64,000 bases of DNA from Octopus vulgaris (Eukaryota). The translations under genes and the position numbers were made by a program. The notes beneath the pieces are model-generated. The model searched no databases and was not told the origin of the DNA. It worked only from the letters and a program-made list of their open reading frames with translations. The stretch covers positions 41,106,001 through 41,170,000 of the forward strand of contig OX597833.1 in NCBI GenBank assembly GCA_951406725.2. Direction: 5' to 3'. Positions 55,538 to 64,000 of the stretch are shown here, in pieces; position 1 is the first letter of the stretch; each line of letters starts with the position of its first letter.

Positions 55538-56041
55538 ACTTAAATTTTAATACGGAATTTTATAAAATGCATCAGGAAAAGACAAAAAGAAAAGTAGAAA
55601 TTATCTAAAAAAAATAAATAAAATACAATTTGGAATGTGCTGTGAATTCTGCAGGTTATTACGGATAGTTCCGGCTAAAAAAAAATGAATAATAAAGCAA
55701 AATAAAAAAATTAATTACATTACTACAATGAATAAATATACGACAAAAGAAACCATTTTTCTTCAGTAAATAAAACTAATAAAATAAAATATAAAAGACA
55801 TTTTGAGTGTATGTGTTTGTTTAGGATTTAATCTGAGACGGGCTTCAAAGATATTGTACAGAAAAGCCAGTAAATTTATTAAACATGAAAAATACGTTTC
55901 TTAGCACTTAGCCTGACGATAGCATTTTCATAAGTTTGTCCGAAACGTCCGTGCGTATTTTCAGGCTTTTAGTTAGCCTTTGTTTCGTACCTTTTGAGTA
56001 ATATAAAGTTTTCTTCTCATAAGTCCCAAGTTACTGTAGTG

Positions 56042-56261
56042 CAGTGGTTTTCAACCAGGGTTCCGCGGAACCTTAGGGTTCCGCCAGTACAGTCCAGGGG
56101 TTCGGCAAGAAGTTACAAAACTGCTAAAATCGGCAGTAATTTTTAATTCTCCTGTATACATATGTGTGCATAAGACTATTAGATTATTGCACAGGGGTTC
56201 CTCGAGCCAGTGGAATGTTTCTTTGGGGTTCCCACTCCAGCAAAAAGTTTGAAAAGCACTG
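56042..56261. mobile_element. hAT MITE, 220 bp
   Basis: TIRs CAGTGGTTTTCAACC / GTTTGAAAAGCACTG. Perfect 8-bp TSD ctgtagtg at 56034-56041 and 56262-56269. Internal GGGTTCC subterminal repeats. Confidence 0.92.
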
Positions 56262-57425
56262 CTGTAGTGTTTTGAAAAAATCTTGAGGATGTACGTTATT
56301 TAAAATGCATGGATGACAGAGAAATAATGTCGCGTGTATTACATGTGATATACAGAACAGTCAAAGGATTAAACAGTGTGCATTAAATGCTGTTGATCTA
56401 ATAGTAGACACATTAAATACTGCAGAAAGCCTTAAATAATAGCGTGTAAATATTGGGTTAAAAAACACTTTGGATATGAAATGTTAAAGGCTGCCTGTGG
56501 AGAAATTTCAGCAAGAAATATGGCAGAAGATACTACAGCACAATATATGATATTTTTTAGTGTACTTATCCTTAAGTGAATGTTGTAGAAACTCCGGTTA
56601 AAACATGAATTTTGAAGGGCAATTCAATGAAATGAAATAAAATACAAAACAGAAATATCTGATATTTTCAGTGTAAGTAACACAAGGTTCTGTAAAGTCT
56701 GTAAATTAGATATCTTCCCGGAATTTGAGCTGGGTATCACATGTGTCTTCAAACATGTGTGCCACAGATAAAATATTACCTGCACTTATTAAGTTCATCC
56801 AAGGACGAAATGCCATTGACGAAAACAGAACTCAGAAACAATTAACACTTTGAATGATAATCCAGGACGGGCAAAAGATGAAAGTTAATCTAATAAATTT
56901 AGCCTTTTCGCTAAAATATTTAAAATTTGATATTTAAATCTTAAACGGCAGGAAATGGTTGCATTAATATGTGTGCCAAACGAACAAAAGGCAAAGAAAA
57001 AAACATCTTATTTTTAAGGGGAAACTTCGTATTTATTTTCGCTTTAAATAGGCACAAAAATTATAATTGTTAGTCTCTCGCTTAATAAACTTTTACAAAT
57101 TCATTATTGAAGTGCGGTAAAATATTCACTTTCCTTTGCATCCGTCGTTTGATAAATTCATCCGACATTCCCGCATTGTTCAAATTTATACTACCTGATG
57201 ATGTCTGCCGTTTAAGGGTTAATGTACGTATTTCTTTATTTTTGTTTTTGTTATGGAAAAATAACAAAAGAAATGTGTTTCATTTAATAAATAAACAAAT
57301 GATAATTTCAGGAGACATTTTCATTTCATAATGCAATTTGTGTACATTGGCGTCGTGTATTACATGTTTTCCTACAGGCAATACTCACGCGAGCGCATGC
57401 ATGCATACCACGCGCGCGCACACAC

Positions 57426-58072
57426 ACAGACACACATACATACATACATACATACATACATACATACATACATACATACATACATACATACATACATACA
57501 TACATACATACATACATACATACATACATACACTTACATGTGTAATAAATACATATATATATATTCCAAAGATTCTCCATCTCAGATTCTTTAAATGAAT
57601 GCATGCCCATATTTGGTTGCGTGCATCTACAAAACCACAAGTAAAAAGTAATAATGCACAAGCATGTGTACGCAAACGTTTGATTACTAAAACGAGGCGT
57701 TCATACATACATACATGCATACATACATACATACATACATACATACATACATACATACATACATACATACATACATGCATGCATACATACATACATACAT
57801 ACATACATACATGCATGCATACATACATGCATGCATACATACATGCATGCATACATGCATACATACATACATACATACATACATACATACATACATACAT
57901 ACATACATACATACATACATACATGCATGCATGCATACATACATACATACATACATACATGCATACATACATATATACATACATACATGCATGCATACAT
58001 ACATACATACATACATACATACATACATACATACATACATACATACATACATACAAATATACATATATACAT
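57426..58072. repeat. (CATA)n/(CATG)n microsatellite field
   Basis: Directly visible. Similar compound (TA)n/(CATA)n/(CA)n fields lie at 515-862, 26270-26810, 28120-28515, 30310-30680, 32300-34553 and elsewhere. Confidence 0.95.
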
Positions 58073-58513
58073 AGCCGGGTTACTAGCTCCCACTTTGAAG
58101 GATATACGTTTGCAATCCAGGAAGAGAAAATATCAACCAAGTACCTGATGCACAAAAGAGATAAAGATGCAGGAAAAACAGTAAAATGTGACAACCGATG
58201 CAGACTTTGTGGAGTTCACACTGAAGAGATCACCCACATCATAAGCAGTTGTCCGAAGATGTCACTACGGTTTATCTACCGATGAGACATGATGTTGTAG
58301 CTAGGACACTCTATAATGAAGTCCGTCAGAAGCATAATCCCGAGGACAAAGAAATAAGAACCCACAATATGATAGAAACCATAACCACTCAATAAAAAGG
58401 AATACTGGTGGAATGTACCAGTGAAGACCTCAATAAAATGTAAGTTCAACAGACATTATATAATGATTTGGATAGAGAAGAGAAACGATGCACAGTTGTG
58501 GAAATTAGCTGTC
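58073..58513 (+). mobile_element. R4/Dong-like RLE non-LTR retrotransposon fragment (CCHC knuckle, RHD motif, RLE)
   Basis: EGYTFAIQEEKISTKYL...CRLCGVHTEEITHIISSCPKM (CCHC), then in shifted frames RHDVVARTLYNEV, KEYWWNVPVKT and CTVVEISC. Confidence 0.85.
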
Positions 58514-59496
58514 AAATGGTAGTACAAGCACAAGCGGTAAGAAGCGCATAGAGTAAGCGCATGATACGCAATAGTTCCGATAGGTCACTCTAACCACCGA
58601 GGAGATATCGCTGTATATTGCGACAGTTCAACGCTTGAAGACGAAGCCGAAACCAGTAGCTGTGAGAACAGCCGTCAAGTTTTATTAACCGAAAGATTTC
58701 GATAGATTAGGGCGCTACCCATGCCAGGTTCGTTCCACACCTCCCTAAGATATATCCCATGAGATCTGTATATGTCTATGCATCACCAACCAGACTATCA
58801 ATGCAAGTACCAACCTTTTCACTTTTTGTGTAATAAAGCTATTAGTGATTCTCCTTTATCTTGAAAGGCTAACTTGAATCTTTCTCAACAACACTACTTT
58901 CCTCCACCTACATAACTCGGGAGCATGCTCTCCAATCTGGTCAGACATTTCTCAAGAAAAGGATCGCTAGACTGATGGTCCTAAACTACTGGGGCGATAT
59001 AAGACTGACCAATCATGGACAGATTCTTCTCAACTTATTCCTCTGTGATGGCTATTCTGTTTACTAGCTCTTCGTAGTCCCTATCCACTTGCAAGTTCAG
59101 ACTCAGACCATATTTACTCTGTCTCCGGTCCCGTGACATAAATCGCCGCCGGCCTGTATGGCCTTACCTCTTCAGATGCGAGTTGCAAGCCTACCAGCTT
59201 GTTCCGGTTGATGCGAGTTTGCATATACACTTGGTACTCTCCTTGTATCGTGTCAATCACTTCAGTATCCGAAGTGTCTGACACCATGACGTTGCGTCTC
59301 TAATTACCCGTCTGCTTTTCAAATAGTTTTATTTTGAATTGATGGAGTAATTTCACAGACTTTAAATTTCTTGTACAGGGTTACCAGATAAGTTTTATAA
59401 AAAAATAGCACAAATCTTTCCAAAATTAGAGAAATATATTAGAAAGTAGCCATTCACCCCAATGAAAAATTATAATTTTTCTAATTAATTAAATAT

Positions 59497-59549
<53 letters not shown>

Positions 59550-59559
59550 CATACATACA

Positions 59560-59641
<82 letters not shown>

Positions 59642-59767
59642 TGTGTGTTGGTGTAGAATTGCCTGCAGGTCAGTTCTGATTTACATAGCTGATACTGTAA
59701 TATGATATTTAATAATAAAAAAATTAGAATATTAAAGTATCAATTAGCACACACACACACGCATATA

Positions 59768-60347
59768 TATTTCTTTATTACCCACGAGGGGCTAAACACA
59801 GAGAGGACAAACAAGGACAGACAAATGGATTAAGTTGATTATATCGACCCCAGTGCGTAACTGGTACTTATTTAATCGACCCCAAAAGGATGAAAGGCAA
59901 AGTCGATCTCGGCGGAATTTGAAATCAGAACGTAACGGCAGACGAAATACCTATTTCTTTATTACCCACAAGGGGCTAAACACAGAGAGGACAAACAAGG
60001 ACAGACAAACGGATTAAGTCGATTATATCGACCCCAGTGCGTAACTGGTACTTATTTAATCGACACCGAAAGTATGAAAGGCAAAATCGATCTCAGCGGA
60101 ATTTGAAATCAGAACGTAACGGCAGACGAAATACCTATTTCTTTATTACCCACAAGGGGCTAAACACAGAAGGGACAAACAAGGACAGACAAACGGATTA
60201 AGTCGATTATATCGACCCCAGTGTGTAACTGGTACTTATTTAATCAACCCCGAAAGGATGAAAGGCAAAGTCGACCTCGGCGGAATTTGAACTCAGAACG
60301 TAACGGCAGACGAAATACCGCTAAGCATTTCGCCCAGCTCGCGGCCT
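59768..60347 (-). mobile_element. SINE family A trimer / 184-bp tandem array
   Basis: Units start at 59768, 59952 and 60136 (period 184), are nearly identical, and join at gaaatacc|tatttc. A single shortened head lies at ~60320-60347. Confidence 0.92.
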
Positions 60348-60669
60348 TACACACACGCATATATAGTGGCGTGAAGTCCTAAGAAAGTAACATAATTCGT
60401 TACTTGTAGCCCATTTGGCAACCCTACTCTCAGTCAGTTCATTCATATCTTGATTTCCAATATGCTTCGTTAAGTCACTGTTTATACCAGAACAATTTCT
60501 GATCATCGTTCAACGTTAGGTACCAGAACTATGTTTTTATGAATTCAAACAAACCTCATGAGATAGTGAGTTCGATTCCCAGACCGAGCTGTGTGTTGTG
60601 TTCTACAAGAAAGTATTCTACATACACTTTTTATCTTCATCTTAGCTTTATAATGCAATACAATAAGAA

Positions 60670-60960
60670 GATGCATCGCTCAGTGGTTAGATCGTCGGGC
60701 TCGTAATCATGAGGTAGTGAGTTCAATTCCCGGACCGAGCTGTGTGTTGTGTTCTTGAGGAAGATGCTTTATCTTTCACGTTGCTCCAGTTCACTCAACT
60801 GTAGAAGTAAGTTGCGACGTCTCTGGTGCCAAGCTGTATCGGCTTTCCGTGGAGAGGGAAGGCTGGTATGCTTGGACGATTGCTGTTCTTCTATAAACAA
60901 CCTTGCCCGGACTTGTGCCGGGGAAATCCCATGGTCATTCATGACCGAAAGGGATCTTTA
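60670..60960 (+). mobile_element. tRNA-derived SINE (family C-related head, alternative tail)
   Basis: GCTCAGTGGTTAGATCGTCGGGCTC...GAGTTCAATTCCCGGACCG; the tail matches 37545-37738. A partial duplicate of the head lies at 60557-60603. Confidence 0.8.
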
Positions 60961-61055
60961 CCTCTTTTTTACCTCTGCTGATTGAACAATTAGAACATTC
61001 ATCATCGTAAAGCCTACCTATTTATCTATAAATGTGGTGCGGCGCTTCCATTAAT

Positions 61056-61562
61056 ATGTGCGTGAGAGTGCGCGTGAATGTGTGTGTGAATGTGCGAGAA
61101 TGTGTGTGTTAATCAGCGTGAATGTCGATGTAAGTGCGCGTGAATGTGTGTGTGAGTACGCGTGAGTGTGTGTGGGTGTGCGTTAATGTGTGTGTGAGTG
61201 TGCGTGAATGTGTGTGTGAGTGCGCGTGAATCTGTGTGTGCGTGTGCGTGAATGTGTGTGGATGAGTGCGCGTATATGTCTATGTGAGTGTGCGTGAACC
61301 TGTGTGTGAGAGCCCGTGAATGTGTGTATGAGAGGGCGTGAATGTGTGTTTGTGAGTGCACGTGAATGTGTGTTTGTGAATGTGCGCGAATGTGTAAGTG
61401 CGCGTGAATGTGTGTATGAGTGCGCGTGAATGTGTGTGTGCAAGAATGTGTGTCTGAGAGTACGTGAATGTGTTTGTGAGTGCGCGTAAATGTGTGTGTG
61501 AATGTGAGTGTGCGTGAATGTGTGTCTGAGTGCGCGTGGATGTGTGTGTGTGTGAATACGTG
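61056..61562. repeat. minisatellite, ~20-22-bp unit GTGCGCGTGAATGTGTGTGTGA
   Basis: More than 20 degenerate repeats of gcgtgaatgtgtgt. Confidence 0.85.
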
Positions 61563-62084
61563 ATGGTGTAGTAGTTTTTTGGGTTTTTTTTAGCATGGCT
61601 CCTTTATGAGTTCCTTGCACTTTGTTGGGAACTTTATAACATATTATTGTTAATTTACAGTTAAATATTTTGAGTTCTGCTTTACGAGGCTTTTGAAAAC
61701 GTATTTGTGTATTCTATGGCTACCCTGTAGCTATTCTTTAATCAGTAACAATCTACTAATGACCACTGAAACTTATGAATTCGCTTGCCTATTTGATAGT
61801 TGTAAACTTCGTCATTCCAACAGTTATATTAGCTGTACATGTACGACAGTCTTCATCTGACTTAGCACGAACAATTAGGAGCAATTGCAAAGCACTACAT
61901 CACACAACACGAAACTAGTTGGTATTTAATTTCATTTAATACACATTGTGTTGTTTCAGCATTTCTAATAGCTGTACTGCCTAACGTATTTGTTATATTG
62001 TATTTCTCATTTTTGCTTATATAAATTGTCTTGCGAAAACCGAAAGGACACGAATAGTTTCTTCAGTACGTATGTGGGTGGTTA

Positions 62085-63732
62085 GGATCTTTTCGGTTTG
62101 ACCGGCAGTTTTTTTTTAATAATTTCCACGTAACTAAACACTTTTAAATTTCGTATACTGGTAGAATCTCTTCTCTATATATATAAAAGGCAGTTTGTCT
62201 GTCTGTGTGTCTGTCAGGTTGTACCCTCACCCTGACCACGACTTTCAACCGATTCTGATGAAACTTGACACACACATAGCCCAATGTCATAATTCAAAAC
62301 TAACACAGCGAAAATTTTGAAAAGTTCCCCCAGTTCTGAAAAAAATCGATAAATTCGACATGGGGTCGAGAATCTAAGCTTATCATATGCAGCACATTTT
62401 CCGTTGTAGTTTTCGCAACTTGCAATCGATTTTCACCAAACTCATGGTGAAGCTAAATGTTACCCTAAGGAACTTAATTCTGACGTTAGTTTTCCATGCA
62501 ATACCTTACCATCAGAAAAAATCGATAAAATCATGCCATTTGGGGAAATCGCGTCCAAATTCAAGATGACATATTTTCGACAATATCTTTAACAAATTGG
62601 CAGGAATTTTTTTTGAAATTCACAGCGAGCATCATGTCTGCTCCAAGAAGCTATATGGCCCTTTTGATTCCAATAGGATACGTTATTAATGGAAAAAAAT
62701 CGGTTAATTACATCATATGTGGCACACATAGCAAACCGATTTTTCTGCGATATTTTTTGAAAGTTCACATAGATTTTCCCTACACCGATGTTGGACATCA
62801 AGTTTGCATTAAATGTCAAACTAACGACCTTTTGTCAATGCAGTTAACAAGTATTGGGAGAAATCGACAAAACCATATCACTTTGAGACCGACCATGCGA
62901 ACCCTACAAAACTGACTTTTGTTAAATAGTTGGCGGATTTCAGGCGATTTAGTCGATTTTTGCCGCTTTTATCATAAAGGTTACTCGAAATGGCATATGT
63001 TTTCCTTGTGTAGATGCGTTAAGTTATGATTAGGTAGGGCTTAGCTGTGGTCCGAACCCAACTTGGGTTAGAGGGAGCCGTGTCAAAAGGGCCGGCATGT
63101 GCAACCTTATCACCTCTGCCTGTCAAACTCCCAACCCATGCGTTCCCGTCGCGACACTGATCCCGCAGAACTGGGCTGGGTGTGCTAAAGAAAACCAGAA
63201 AATGCACTTTGACTGTAATAGATTTTCTTCATGCATGCAAGGGAACGGTGCCTTGAATGCCTTAATGCCTTTTAGGCTTCATTTTAGAAAATAACGGTTC
63301 AATGAGTACAAAAAGGGTAAAAAGGTAAAGGGCATTGCTTATCGACAAAGTTTCTTACATACACGGGCAACGCCGAGCTATGCTGCTAGTGTGTTTATAA
63401 AACATCTTTTTCTCTTGGCTTTATTGAGAAAATTCTATAGTTTGTAAGATATTTGTTGTTGTTTTTTCTTCAATTTCTGCAATTTCAACCAATCAATGAC
63501 GTCTATTGAGGTGAAAACATTCTGTGCCGTATGAATATGTCCCTCGTTTAAGAAACAGATTGGGTTTATTTACATTTCTGAAGAAAAAAAGATACCCCCC
63601 ACCCCACCCCTAACCCTAACCCCAACCCTAAAACAGATTGAAATGCAATAGATCGATACTAGGGTCATAATTATGAGTGACAATTTCATATGACACCGCT
63701 AGAAAAAACTGCCGTTCAAACCGAAAAGATCC
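62085..63732. mobile_element. MITE with ~30-bp TIRs and a 9-bp TSD (Merlin- or MULE-like), split by a Helitron
   Basis: TIRs GGATCTTTTCGGTTTGACCGGCAGTTTTTT / AAAAAACTGCCGTTCAAACCGAAAAGATCC. Perfect TSD gggtggtta at 62076-62084 and 63733-63741. Confidence 0.9.
62167..63389 (+). mobile_element. non-autonomous Helitron, ~1.2 kb
   Basis: Starts a|TCTCTTCTCTATATATATAAAAGG with (TCTG)n and ends CGGGCAACGCCGAGCTATGCTGCTAG|t. Removing it restores gtagaa|tgtgttt in the host MITE. Its 3' end resembles that of the 12617 Helitron. Confidence 0.85.
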
Positions 63733-64000
63733 GGGTGGTTATATTCCTGGGTGTTTGCAAACATCATTTAAAATGATTTCCATTTGGTTTCTATGTCTAA
63801 AACTTGGCTTGGTTAGTATATCTATCGTTGGTATTGTTTGTTGTATTCTGAGGATTTCTTTATCGCAGGCTTACTTTGTGAATCAAAATCAAAATACTCT
63901 TCAAAGTTGAGATTTTACCAGAGAGATTTCAAATCTGTGTAGGCACTTTCTGTTTAATTTATATACGTAAAAACATATTTATGTGGGCTGTCTCTATTTA

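Noticed and set aside
59768-60347. Regular repeats suggesting a CRISPR array
   Set aside because: The units repeat over their whole 184-bp length with no unique spacers, there are no cas genes, and the sequence is SINE-derived eukaryotic DNA.

Overview
This is eukaryotic, AT-rich DNA dominated by microsatellites ((TA)n, (CATA)n, (CA)n, (ATT)n). The repeat families point to a coleoid cephalopod, most likely Octopus (inference). One host gene is supported: the last two coding exons of a Barx homeobox gene on + (53202-53506 and 54716-54880), encoding the homeodomain and the Barx basic region; its upstream exon(s) could not be located. The rest is mostly mobile-element debris: three tRNA-derived SINE families, RTE, CR1-like and R4/Dong-like (RLE) LINE fragments, a decayed mariner, hAT and 9-bp-TSD MITEs, and non-autonomous Helitrons. 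The most notable signals are: (1) minimal hammerhead-ribozyme motifs with fold-back ends typical of Penelope-like elements; (2) a SINE that appears to insert into its own GGTATTTC site and build 184-bp tandem arrays; (3) retroelements that each sit in a different microsatellite type; (4) an isolated ~80-bp 28S rRNA fragment. Nearly all ORFs in the supplied track are microsatellite artefacts. Coordinates were read by eye, so repeat boundaries without a TSD are approximate.
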